Below the pieces are notes generated by a model. It was not told where the DNA came from. It was given only the letters and a program-made list of their open reading frames with translations, and ran no database searches. A stretch of 64,000 bases of DNA, taken from Tubiluchus corallicola. Taxonomy: Eukaryota > Animalia > Priapulida. The stretch is from positions 1-64,000 of the forward strand of contig JAQGDQ010000575.1 in NCBI GenBank assembly GCA_030141605.1, in the 5' to 3' direction. Below are positions 1 through 12,700 of this stretch, piece after piece (position 1 is the stretch's first letter; each line of letters starts with the position of its first letter). The position numbers were made by a program, and so were the translations under genes.

Positions 1-49
1 TCCTATACTATAATTAAATTCTGCATTACAGATCTCAAACTGGGCTTAC

Positions 50-138
50 CCTTGGTTCAGATCATTTTCAGGGTTGTCCAACCATACTCTTACATGAAAC
101 GCATTGCCTTCCCGGCAAAGCGAAAAAATATCCTCCAT
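50..138 (-). CDS. ILK: Integrin-linked kinase, first coding exon (gene continues beyond the left edge)
   Basis: The minus strand from ATG at 138 reads [30 protein letters not shown], then a GG|GTAAGC donor (89 nt, phase 2). This matches the ILK N-terminus (human [30 protein letters not shown]). Too short for the ORF track. Confidence 0.95.
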
Positions 139-439
139 CAGTAAGCTGTCACTGACGAAAACATCAGAAAGTTATTCCAGGGTAAAATGATTGCAAACCA
201 TCTATTGTACATCAAATAGCAATAAATATTTTATTAAATGAACCACAATGAGTGAAGAGGGACAAACTGCCCACCCCTCTCGAAGATCAAATTTCGTTGT
301 CCCACTCAAGTCTAATACAACAGGGTGTAGACTGTAGATCCACTTTCAATCCAGAATGTATGAGGAACAGAAAACAACTACACATCAAAACACACCAAAG
401 TTTTTAGCACTTACTTCACAACAAGCCACCTCGCTTACG

Positions 440-742
440 TTTATTCAAGATATCAAACTCATTTAATCACAGTTTCATGACCCAACTTTTCGACCTGCAC
501 AAACAAACCTAACAGCAGTGTATTCTCCAAGCAAGCAAGCTGCCCGCTGCTTTCTAATATGGGTATTCCAAGCATTGCCTTCGCGCAGTAGGACACACCC
601 TCTTCTATTATTGGCTGTGTTTTGTGTCACACTTTCGTGAGTTATATCATAATTGGTCAGTTTGCCCACGTGATAAAATGCCAACTTGCACTGTGGTTAA
701 GATGTCTGCTTCCAGTTGATTTTTTTTAATGAGAAGATAATA
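440..742. promoter_or_regulatory. Probable bidirectional promoter shared by ILK and RRP8
   Basis: The two ATGs (138 minus, 743 plus) diverge about 600 bp apart. The region holds inverted CCAAT boxes (ATTGG 610-614, 652-656), an E-box CACGTG (667-672) and TTCGCGC (~580). Minus-strand donor-like sites near 410 and 434 suggest a non-coding ILK exon 1. Confidence 0.6.
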
Positions 743-3700
743 ATGTTTCAAGAACAGGAGTGGGATAATATTCAGACTTTAGCAGCATTGGAAAATGACT
801 TATTTTGTAGCCGTGATTCGGTCAAAGTTAGTTTTATTCTTAGCATTTTTGTGCGTGTGCCTATAATTGTCGAAAAGTTAAAACACTGTCTCTAAGCTTA
901 TATAAATGCAGGAGTGTCCCTGCATTGTAGAAAAATTTCATGATGTTCTCTCGTAGACAGGAATTTAATCAGTTTGGCACTGTATTAATTAGTTAATGCG
1001 TAAAATCCGTAAATGATTTATTTTTTGTAACTCTTACAGTTCACCACGATTTTTGCCACAGTGATCGTAAGCTGGTCATAAACATCTATGTGAGAGTCTT
1101 AATTTTCATTTAATTCATAATTGTTTAACTTAGCTGTTAATTTGGGATAATGTTTAGCAAAGATGAAATGTAATTGCATTTTTTGTCAAAGGTTAGCACA
1201 GGAAAATATAAGAAGAAAAGATTAAAACTGAAAGCAAAAAGGAAAGCAGAATTCGAGGCTAGCTTCGAGAAGACAACACCTTCTGATGCAAATTTTAATA
1301 TAAACCCTAGAAAAAGAAAGCGTTCTCGAAAGAAGAAACACATTGACTCATTATCTTCAAATAATGAGCATTCTGTGAATGTTGTACCGAAGAAAATGAC
1401 ATTAAAAATGAAGAGAAAACTGAAGCGGCAAAATGAGATGCTTACCAAAGAGAATTCTTTTGTGCAGCAAACTGACAATCTTTCTGAAGTTTGTAAAATT
1501 GAATTAGAAAAGAACAGTTCATGTAATCAATCCCACAAGGAATTTATTATCAAAAAAGGGCAACAGGAAAATAGGCAAGATGATCATGGAAAAGTGCCAA
1601 AAAATCATCAAAGAAAAAGCAAAAAGTCAAATGCAAAAGATGATGTGATTGGATTCAAGCATACGAAGAAATTAAAGAGGGACTTAAGACAAGACTCAAT
1701 AGTCAACAGAAAACAAGAAACAGTTAAGAAAAAAGTTAAGATTTCAAAAAATGCCAACAAGAAAAGTCAGAAAAACAGTTCTGCCATAAGACACAATGAT
1801 GTTGTTTCAGAAAGTTTAACTTTTAGTGATAAAATAAGTGATACTGAAGTAAAAGAAGCAGTAAAAAGGAAAAAAAAGACGACCAGCAACAAAAACAAAG
1901 CTGCAAAAAGAAAAGCAGATGTTTTGACGGATGGAGATGACACCGGAGCAAGTGATTACCAAAAGAAACACAGAGAATTGAATTTAAATTTGAAGGAAAC
2001 TGAACAGTCTTTACAGAAAATCAGTGAGGCAAGACAAAAAAAGGGTGGCAGTCTCTCGCAGCAACTAAAAGAGAAAATGCAGGACAGACTAAAAGCTGCC
2101 AGGTTTGGTTTTTATATATAATAAGCTTTGACAGATGAGTGTTGACAGTAACAGTAACTGGAAACTACATTATTGGAGGCACTATCATAACTGATTTGCA
2201 GCTGTCAGTGACACGAGACTGCAGAATAAATTTCTACTCTGTTCTTATTTGATTAATGCATTCTTTTTTTTAGCTACATTTGATTCTGATTTGTGTTTTG
2301 TGAGTGCTGTTTTTGCAAGACAAGTGACTGTAATTCACTCAAAAACAGAACACCAGTTTGTCTTCTAAGACATTCTGAAAAGCAAAAGTGAGGCTTGCTC
2401 ACATGGCAGTATTAACATTTTTTGCAGTCATGATTTCTATTTTTTTTGCAAACTTTAATAGGTCTCATTAAAGTGGTTGCGTTTGTGGAAAAAAGTAATA
2501 AAAATGTGGAAATGTACCAAAGTATGTAAATAACTGGATATAAGTATTCTTACACTACCTCAATGACTACAATGAATTTTGAACAATTTCAAAAGTGCAA
2601 ATGTATAAGACTCAAAATGGTAGGCTATTAGTCGCTTTTTATGATTTTGAGTTGTTACCAAGCCATTGTAAATTTTATGTTGAGTCGAGAATTCTAAGAT
2701 TACCGATGAGATATTGTAATTTTTGTTAGTTATGGTAATGGCAGTTTTCAGGAATTTACTGAAATACCCATTCAACAAAGCATTACCATTGCTAACTCAT
2801 TACAACACTCCTTCTTTGGTACGAATAAAGTACTACCTTTATATTTCATAATGAATTTATAATAGTAACAATGAGATAATGCTATTTAATAGTAATAAAT
2901 TAATTTTGCAACCTTTTTTCTATGGTGTAAGGTGCTTTACATATTGCATCTTCAGGTTAATCATTCTTTAATGTTTCGAAGCAGATTGAATTGTTGTACT
3001 TCAAATGACTTTTTCCATCTTTTAGATTTCGTTATCTAAACGAGCAGCTGTATACTTCCACGGGATCAGAAGCACAGCGGATGTTTCGGGATGATCCAGA
3101 AGGCTTTCATGTCTATCATGACGGTTTTACCACACAAGTGAAACAGTGGCCAGAAAATCCACTTGATAAAATTATAAACAGCTTAAAAAAGATGTGAGTT
3201 GTGAAAAAGACTAGAAGACTTTTAAGTTGCTTCAGCTATGACAATGTTATCAGATGTTTGCCTGCTTCATAAGATTGCTTATAACAAATTATCATTCATA
3301 TTTACAAACATATCTATTTAAATTCACAGACAATTTTCCTAAACATTGGCTGATCCAAGTAATCAGTGGCAGTAAAAGGATGGAAAGTTCAGCAGAAATT
3401 CTTCTGTTAATCACCCATCCATTTATTAATCAGGACCAGCATTACTTAACTTCTTGTTCTAAGCACACACTGCAAATTTTCAGCCTTGCAAAAATTCTAG
3501 TGCCATTTATGATTGCAGATTAGTCCCTTGTTTACGTAAATTATTGAATTAATGTAATATATATTCTTTATATTGTTTTTTACATACAAACTAGAAATGA
3601 GTTTTTAAATTTCTATTTCTGCTTTTATTTTTGGATTAACTTTATACACTAGTAGATGGAACAAGAAGTTGTAATTGTTAAGACTATCTTTTTAATACTT

Positions 3701-4836
3701 AAAAGTTTGTAAATGCATTAAGAATAACTATTTTTTTCGATTAACTTAAGAATAAACGAAGACAGTTTATAAAAAAATTTTATCAATAAATCAAAGAATG
3801 GGAAGAATAATATAGTACGATGCATTGCTTTTGTACCTCTTTAGAGTGTGACTATCGCTGAGTCTTCTTTGTTGTATTTCTAGGTCATCATCTCTAGTCA
3901 TTGCTGATTTCGGTTGTGGAGATGCAAAGCTTGCACAGTCTCTTCCTAATAAGGTGTACTCATTTGATCTGGTAGCACTTAACGAATATGTCACATCTTG
4001 TGACATGGCTCAGGTATATTCATAGAATCCGGTTAAACGTGAATGGTAATGTGTTTTGTAGATAGATATAGATAGATAGTAACTTTATTTATCTGTTGTA
4101 ATACACGCAAAAAACAATTACATAGCAAAAATAAATTGTAAGTATTGGAGAAAGGGTGGCAAAAAACTCTAGAGGTTAGCAAATCAGATCTGTGGGCCTG
4201 TAATGATACATCGATGTATCAATTCGTCATGATATCTCTTATTGCAATATGTGTATCATCGAAATGCATCAGTATCATGATATTCTGAGCCAATGACATT
4301 TAGCACTTTATCGACTTGACCGAATTCTTATAAAAATTACATGAACTAATTCAAGCTGCAGCTGTGGAGTGTACTGTAGACACCTCAATCAGTGCAGTGA
4401 GCAGTAGTTGACTTAATACAGGCACTGCTAGCAGCCAAAGTGTTTGAAAACAGAAGGTGTTTAATCTCTAGTAAGCTAATTACGTTGTTTGTATATGAAG
4501 TTGTGAAATGGCAAACATGAACCAGAAAACGCACGAGCAACTTTTAAACCTTAATTTTTCAACGTCTCTTTTCATTCTCAACTCATCACCTGCAGCTAGT
4601 AATAATTGTTGTGAAATAAACCATAATAGTTTATAAACATTCTGGCATTCGCAGTTGTAATCTGATTAACAATATCCGTTAATTGCCGGCTAATTTGAAA
4701 AAATTGTAGCAAAAGTGGAAATCTTGTTCACTAACTTTTCAAACTTTTCATATTTTTTGCTTTTTACTTGGATTGACATGACAGAATTTCAAATACAGTA
4801 TAAAGAAATGGTGTAATAATGGTAATAATAACAATA

Positions 4837-4879
<43 letters not shown>

Positions 4880-6904
4880 CAACAACAATAATAATATATC
4901 AGTGCAGTATGCATTTCATTCTTAAGCACTTTTGCATGTTTGTAGGTTCCGCTGAACGATGACTCAGTTGATGTTGCTGTATTTTGCCTCTCTCTCATGG
5001 GCACTAATCTTGTTGACTACCTCAAGGAAGCACGGAGGGTGCTGAAATGCAAGTAAGATAGCGCATTCCCTTTCTTGATAACCGTAAATAAATCTCTGCT
5101 TCAAATAACGTTGAATCCAGTAAGAGAACCATGTGATAAAGACAATCCAGATGTTGCACGACCTGTATTACATCTTAATGTTTTCATGAATACTAATGGT
5201 GGCAAAACTTTTACAAGAGGAACGAGTTTCAGACTGTGTGTGCTTCTTCTTGTTTCTTTACCGTGCATGTGTGCTAAAACCCAAAACCCACGTGTGGGTT
5301 TGCAGAGCTATCGGAAAATTAAATGCATATTTTAAATTGTTTGCATGTCGTCTGATATCTTAAATATCCAAAAGTGGCTTAGCATTGGTAAAGTGTTTAG
5401 CCACTTAAGGGATCATTGTTCAAATGTGCTCCATTTTCAGGGGAAAACTCAAGGTGGCTGAAGTCGCCAGCAGATTTGAATACGTCTCAAAATTTACCCA
5501 ATCTGTGGAGCAACTTGGATTTCGTTTACTTCATAAGGTATGAAGTGTTAAGGGGCATAAGCCATAAAATTGTCATCTGCGTGTTGTACTGAGCATTGTG
5601 CAATGTAATTGTCAAAACCACTGTCATCAGTAAGACTGACTCAGTATAACAGACAGTTGTACATGTGCATACACCTTTTATGTTATGCTTGAGCAGCTTG
5701 GCACGATCTGATTTAAAACACTTTAGCATTATAAACTGAAAACTATCTGTAATACCACTTAAGTATATGATTATTATAACGTATCCGATGTCTTGAAAAA
5801 GGTTTTTTTGGTATTGTTTGATACCAAGATTTTCCTGGTTTTATTTTGGGTAGAAACTTAAAGAAGTGAACTAATTATCCAATTATTCCTTTTGCATATT
5901 TTATAAACTTGATTTTAGCTCACTATCTTGCAATCTTGCTCTTATACATCATAGCAAGTTCAAAATTTCAGCATGTATTAACTTTAAATTTCTTGTTACT
6001 TAAGTTGCATCAATGTTGCACAAAGCTTTTCACTTCTTGTTGGTTCCATTTTCAACAACTTACAACTCTGCTTTACTAACTGTCTGCTTCTGTGAACTGC
6101 AGGGAATATTCCCTGAATTGTTGTTACACGGAAGTGCCTTCATTAGTATAAATTGCTAACCTCCTTGAACTTATATTAAAATACAGCCAACCTCGGATAT
6201 AAGGGACACCTCCGGATCGGAAAAAACCATCCCTTATATCCGATGCCCCTTATAGCCGAAGTTGAGTCAGACCGAGGGTGTATCTAGACCTGTATTTTTA
6301 CCCATATTTTTATGGATCATTGCTACACATTCAGTGCAAACAGTATGTAGGAAGCTCTTTCAGTGATGCGAGATGTATGTGACCGTGGAAACCGAGCTGT
6401 TCGAAGGCCAAATTTGGGAAAAATTGAGGTTAAAAATCGATCAATTCCGCTATGATCATAGGGTCTCTTATATGCGAGGTAATTTACCTGGGTTTCTGTT
6501 ACGCGGGACGTAATAGATAGAATGGATGAAGATATCGTCCCTTATAACCGAAAGTGCCTTATAAGCGAGTACCTTATACTTGAGGTTGACTGTATTAACT
6601 TTTCAAGCATTGCAAACGAATACAAGTAAAAATGTCTTAGGTGAATTTAAATATGCACACTAGGCACACAGCGTATTAGACATTTCAGCCTTGTACAGCA
6701 CACCTTTTTGCCGCCAAAATTTATTTCATCTCATACTAGCCTTTAGCTCTTGTTTAGAAAATAGGTCTAATAGTGTTTGTATTCTTTCAGGACTTAAGCA
6801 ACAACATGTTTCTCTTATTTGACTTTCAAAAATCAGAAGAACCACCCCGCATGGGAAAGCAACCATCGATAATTTTAGCTCCCTGCAAGTACAAGAAGAG
6901 ATGA
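743..6904 (+). CDS. RRP8: Ribosomal RNA-processing protein 8 / nucleomethylin (SAM-dependent rRNA methyltransferase), 7 exons, ~536 aa
   Basis: Exons: 743-826 (MFQEQEWDN, cf. human MFEEPEW), 1192-2102 (Lys-rich region ending LKAAR), 3026-3193 ([19 protein letters not shown]), 3884-4013 ([15 protein letters not shown] motif I), 4946-5052 ([14 protein letters not shown]), 5441-5537 ([10 protein letters not shown]), 6791-6904 (LAPCKYKKR*). All introns GT-AG with consistent phases; total 1611 nt. Confidence 0.95.
4060..4190 (-). mobile_element. Short 3-prime LINE (L2/CR1-like) tail remnant
   Basis: GGAGAAAGGGTGGCAAAAAACTCTAGAGGTTAGC resembles 27389-27425 and is preceded by a (TAGA)n tract and TTTATT (AATAAA on the minus strand). 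Confidence 0.45.
4815..4895. repeat. (AAT)n/(AAC)n microsatellite
   Basis: Visible trinucleotide run in RRP8 intron 4. Confidence 0.95.
6184..6592. mobile_element. Tc1/mariner (pogo/Tigger-like) MITE
   Basis: TA|CAGCCAACCTCGGATATAAGG ... CCTTATACTTGAGGTTGACTG|TA: imperfect TIRs, TA target duplication, repeated subterminal CTTATA motifs. Confidence 0.85.
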
Positions 6905-9738
6905 TGTAAGGAGTTACGTTTCATTCCACACTTCCACGACTCCCCCTGTGCTGTACCACGCTGATTGTAATTTGCTTGAAGCGAGCACTGATTGGACCAG
7001 ATATATCACTTTGTTCACAAGCAAGAATTGGCTTTCAAGTTGAAAGTCCAAGATTTTTTGTTTAAAGATAATTATAAACTGTGGATCGTGCCACCCAGAA
7101 AAGAAGAAAATGTTGTGTGTATGTTTTTTATGCTATTGTTACTTTAATCCAGGTTGTTAACTGGATTACCCATACAAAATGTCCATGGAAAACGTTGTGG
7201 ATTCTTTCATGTGTGCATCAATCCATCTGTTATACCATCTTCCATCATATCTCTAAAACCCTTAAAACTGAGCCAATCAAGGTAGCAATAACGGAACGAA
7301 TGAAAGGTACTTATGATACTTTTGACTTTAACTTGTTCTGAAAAGTAGGTGCGGTTTTGTTTCAGGTACCAAATGTTTCAATGTGGCTAGTAGTACCAGA
7401 CATGATTAGTAGATAAGTAACAGTGAGAGAGGTTACTACACCGCTGTTAATCTTAACCGTGGGGAATGTCTTATTGTCGTGCATTCACTCAAGGATGGGG
7501 AACTTGTTCTTGTTCATTCCTTCCACTTTGTTCTTTAATAACTCATCTTACCTCATTGTCTACTGAACTGTAGTTAGCTACTGGAACTAAATTTTTGAAT
7601 CTGCTCAAAGCAAAAGCCAAGCCTCTCAGGAAGCTGAGTGGAATATCTGAATGAACTGCAGAAACTTTGTTGCACCGTCTTCGTGCTGTCCACCAGCTTA
7701 CCGTCATTTTGTTAAAATATGTCCGCAGCGAGGATTGCTTGGCGGGAGATAGGAGTGATTCAAATTTATTCAAATTTTTAAACAAGGCAATTTTTAAACA
7801 TATTATGTGGTAATTTCAATATTTTTAAGTGTATATTAAAACACCACAGCTGTTGTTTTCCTTTAATGTGTTTGGCATCGAAATTTGTATGAGGGAATGG
7901 CAAAAACAAGATATATACCTAAGAAATGTATAAAACTATATTATCAAAACATAATTGTGCATGACAAAAACTAATACTTCAAATTGTTTATTGTAAGACA
8001 AAAAGAAAGTACTGTTAGTCAAAAATATAATATGAATTCTTTATTTTGTATGTATATGGATTTTATGAAGGAATAAGGAATTAGATGCATTAAATAGATT
8101 CTCATTTCCGACTGAAATGTCGACTCCGGAATTTGATTTGATTTATAGTGGTTAACTGTACATTTGTCTTATATCTAATTTGGAAAGTGTTCATTATTTT
8201 GTAAATGAAAAGTTGACACAAGAAAATTTTCATAAACAAAATGTTCATGTTTTTATAACAAATTTAATAACAGATTACACATAATGATGCGTATATACAA
8301 AATGACAAATTTCAAATTGCATTATTTGATTTTGATCTAACCAATGCTTCGAAAAATCAATAAATAAACATTCTTTAGCACAGCCATATTAACATATACT
8401 CTGCGAAGCAAATTTACACAAAACCAGTCTATCGACACACCACTAGCATTGTAAAGACCAAATAGTTACTAGCAGAAAAGTTACAACGTTTTACATTAGT
8501 TCCCTTACAGAACTTATCAGCTTATAACGCAATGCAAAATGGAGTAAAATGTAATTAGAAATCACTGTAGTGTTCAATTATGTGAGTCTGAAAACATCCA
8601 AATAAACATCAAGCCATTCTAATATCAACAAGAAGTGATATAACTCAAGCCATTTGCAGATAAAATACAAATTATAAATTATTTGGCGTAACCACAGTCA
8701 TCACTGGCTAATTTGTATCTGATCAAGTCTGAACTTTTTACGTCGCATCTGATGTAAAAGTCCCGGAGAGTTACTATGCATATAAAAACGGTCACCCCAT
8801 CAGAGTTCTTAGGTCCCTAAAAATCCTGCTTAAGTGAAGTCATCTCTGATTAACTCCGGTTTTCTGTTATTTCATATCAGAAGTCATTTCGCTGAACTTA
8901 TCGTAATTTGTTTGGTCCTGCAATTTTTCGTCAGATGTTACTAGACTTTACTATTTTTGAAAGGAAAGAAACATAAAAACTGGATTTCTGGTAAAGTGAC
9001 AAGTTCCAGTCTCCCTTATACTCTTAGTTGCGAGTCAATTTGTTTTTACAATAATCAGTTGCAATTAAGCTAAGCCATTCTGGGAAGTCGAGAAATGAAG
9101 TGCAAAAGAGTTTCGGGATTTTATTTTTTTACACACTGATGCAAATAATATGAAAAACAATAGGTCTCAACATCCCTGATTTATACTGTCGCTGCAGGAA
9201 AAATTACAGAATGATCACAAAATTACGAAGCAAAATACGTTTACAGTAAAAATGAATTCAGAATTTTACGCAGATCTGGATTATTGTTAATTGATTATCA
9301 ATGCCTGGAAAATTGCTTGCAGTTCAAACGGTCTCAGTTAAACTTCTATGAAGTGAAAAATTGATGGAAAAAAATAAAAACCAACTGAAGTTACACACAA
9401 CCAGTCGATAAATGGCGATAGGATTGGCGACTATTTTGTGTGAGCAGCTTCTGTTAGATCCAAGCCTGGTATCAAGCTGTTTCACTTCTGAATGCTAAAC
9501 TATTCTTAACGAGGTCATTTTTTGATTAAACATGCGAGTTTATAAAGTGATGTACATCACACTTCTAATGCTGTTGCAAACAGTGAAATATTTCATTTTT
9601 AAACTGATCAATATAAAAAAGCAAAATTTTGTCAAAGGACCTTAGATCTAAATACAAGCATGAGAAGCCAAGACGACTAAACCTCAGTGAATATCTGCAT
9701 TGAAGCATGACTCCGTATTTCCTGATATAAACTCGTCC

Positions 9739-12700
9739 TCAACCTTTCCCGACACATTTCTGCCAGCCAAGGCCACCGCAGGCCGCAGAGATTATGAAGT
9801 AGATGATGACCTGTGAAAATAAAATGGCCGCAAGAGGTCAAACTACAAAAAGATATTCCAGTTGCTTGACAAAAGAGTCAATGTACATTATGTAGATACA
9901 TTATTAAAGTTATTTCACTTCTGTTATTATATGTTCACGTTGCTATTGGTTAATCTACTAACGTTACTTTAACATGACATTAATCTACTAATGTTACATT
10001 GGCGTAACATTAATCTACTAACGCTACATTAACGTGACATTAACCTACTAACGTGACATTAATCTACTAATGCTACATTAATGTGACATTAATCTAGTAA
10101 CGTTAATTATTTCTTTTTATCCCCCTCCCAGCTGTTATTTCCAGGCTACATCTGAATTTGAATTGCCTCTTAGATGACCTTACATAAGTCTGGCTTCTTT
10201 AGGTTCACCCAACTACAGAATTTTGTCAAGTTTGAGTTGAACTGTTATCTTATGTTATACATCTACAGTTAAGCAGGATGCAAATTGTAATTTGTTACAG
10301 TAAATTCATTTGAACAAAGTGAAATGCAAAACGCAATAAAAGTTAGAAAAACTCCAATCTGGTAGAAATACTAAGTAGTTCAGCTGGTCAGTCAGTCATC
10401 ATCGCAAGCAGTGCTGTAACCTTGACTGACATGCGAAACAGTTTGGAGTACATAAAGTTAATGTTCATGATCATCCATAATTTTTGCGTGCGGCACTTGT
10501 TCTAAGTGGCATCTTGGTGAACATATTTGTTCATGAATTCAGAAGTATTGGACAATGAAGGAGGAAACATTATCATCTATTCGCACTTTGAAATATACAC
10601 ATTCTTTTATTAAGTATGAACACAGGTGGGTGGGGAGGAAGCAAAATGCTTTGACCACAAAATAAACCTGTCTATTTCAACGGATTAAAGGACAAAATCA
10701 ACAGATTTTCACATGCAGCTCAAAAAACTCAATAAACTAAAGCTTTATGTCACTAATATGTAGTACTAAAAGCTAATTTTATAAACTAGAAAAATTCCAT
10801 GTTGGCTACTAGATATTGGTGACACAAAGCTTTAGTTTACTCAGATTTTTTGAGCTGTATGTGAAAATCTGTTGATTTTGTCCTTTAATCTATTGAAATA
10901 GACACTAAATAATCCACTAAACTAAAGCTTTATGTCACCAATATGTAGTACTAAAAAGCTAATTTTATAAACTAGAAAAATTCCATATTGACTGCTAGAT
11001 GTAGCTATTTTAAGGGTTGAAGACACAGGTCATCCGTCAAGAAGCTAAAGGAAGTTCTCATGATACATTTCCAATTTGTAAAAAAATATGCAGAAAACTA
11101 GGAGTGCTGAAATCATAGTTTAATAAAGATAATTTACATTACTTCATCAATAAGTTTTTAACAATCTTTTTTTGAGTTACTGATTCATGCTGGGATTGTA
11201 AACTTTTGATAAACACGTTCATCTGCTTGACTGCTGGTGAGAATTATTTCAATTATTATGAATTTTCCTTTCGAAAAGTAAGAGTGGTAATAGCTTTTAC
11301 TACTTTATTCTGCACTTTTGATAAAACATGCTTCAAAGTTTGCTAACCTTTCCCTTTAAAAAGCAAGGTAACACCGACAAACACCAGTACTAGAATTGCA
11401 CACTGCACAGGTGTAAAATCAGCACACGACTTTCTAGATCAGGTGGTGCAGAAAAATGTGCCAAACTTTATATAATGTTGACAAACAAAAGTTTACAAAG
11501 TTTAAATTTGACAACACGGCATTAGAATACATTAGCTTTTGGCTGTGGCAATTACTAATTTATAACTTTAGTGATTTATAAGTTATGACTGAAAAGCTAT
11601 TGCATGTTAAAAAATTAAATGCCCGAACAATGTTAGCTGGTCATTGATTGAAAAGCAACCACTTTGACTTATAAAGTGCTCAGTAGATGGCAGCAAAATG
11701 AAAAAGAAATCATCCAGTTTACATCATGGTCACCACCACAGAAAATAAAACATTTTTAAGGATTTGTTATCAAGAAAAAAGTGGGACTTAACCCTCCGGA
11801 TAATGGTATCTTAAATTTCCTTAAAGAGAAAATATACGAAGGCAGCACAAAGGCATTCGATGCATAGGAAATAAATACAAAAATTGCTATGTGCTGGGAT
11901 GAAATATCTTTAGTGAAATGAAAAAATGTGTCACCAGCTGTTGGAAGAAATGCCTTTGTCTAGTTTGTAGTTAAAATGGTAGGCAGAGAGTACTTGCTGT
12001 AAATTTTAGCAAGAGTAACTCACAAATTTTTTCCAAAATTTTTGTTGTTTATACAAAAGTGTATGCAGCATTAGTGTGGTAATTTTCGAGCAATTCCATT
12101 GTTTTCTTGTCATAACATCATAATGAAAACGTTGGTACATTCCTTTCTGCCACCTGATATTTACCGTGACTATATGAAAAACTGAAGTACTTACTAAGAC
12201 AACAACAATGATGATGATGGTCAATTTGATGTTCTTCAAAAACATGGAATGAGCCAATGTCCTGCTGGACTTCTTGAAGGTAACCGACTGCAAAAAATGG
12301 TAAAATTGTGCAGAATCTGTGGATTTCACAGTTCAAGTTTTTGACAAATGAGAAAAGAACTTTACTTGACAGTGGTTACAGTGAAACAGCAAATCAACAG
12401 CCTATTAAATCTTTTAAAAAGCAGAATACAGAAAACTATAATAGCAAAAAGGAGACAGCATCATTTTGTGACAAAATACCTTATTCAAAGTGTTTGTCAG
12501 CAGTACAGTATTCGTTAAATAATCATTCTTTTCAATTAATCCCACCTCATCAACATTTTAAACCACCTAGAAGCAGCTTTCACAGTGGGATTCACCTATC
12601 CACTTTCTGATCAGAATTGCCTTTACTTAACTTTGGCCTTTAAGTCCCCATGGCCTCTTGGCTATTATCCTTACTCAAAAATTCACAATTTATAACCACA

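Noticed and set aside
1150-1191. ATG at 1150 or TTG at 1174 as the RRP8 start
   Set aside because: ATG 1150 hits TAA after 7 codons. The upstream exon 743-826 gives the family-typical MFxExEW start and splices in frame to 1192.
7543-7785. 80-aa minus ORF between RRP8 and VAMP7
   Set aside because: No recognisable motif, non-ATG start, and located in a probable 3-prime UTR.
12006-12194. Open read-through of VAMP7 exon 6 into intron 6 (contains WQK)
   Set aside because: Strong GTAAGT donor and poor hydrophobic continuation; no support for a retained-intron isoform.
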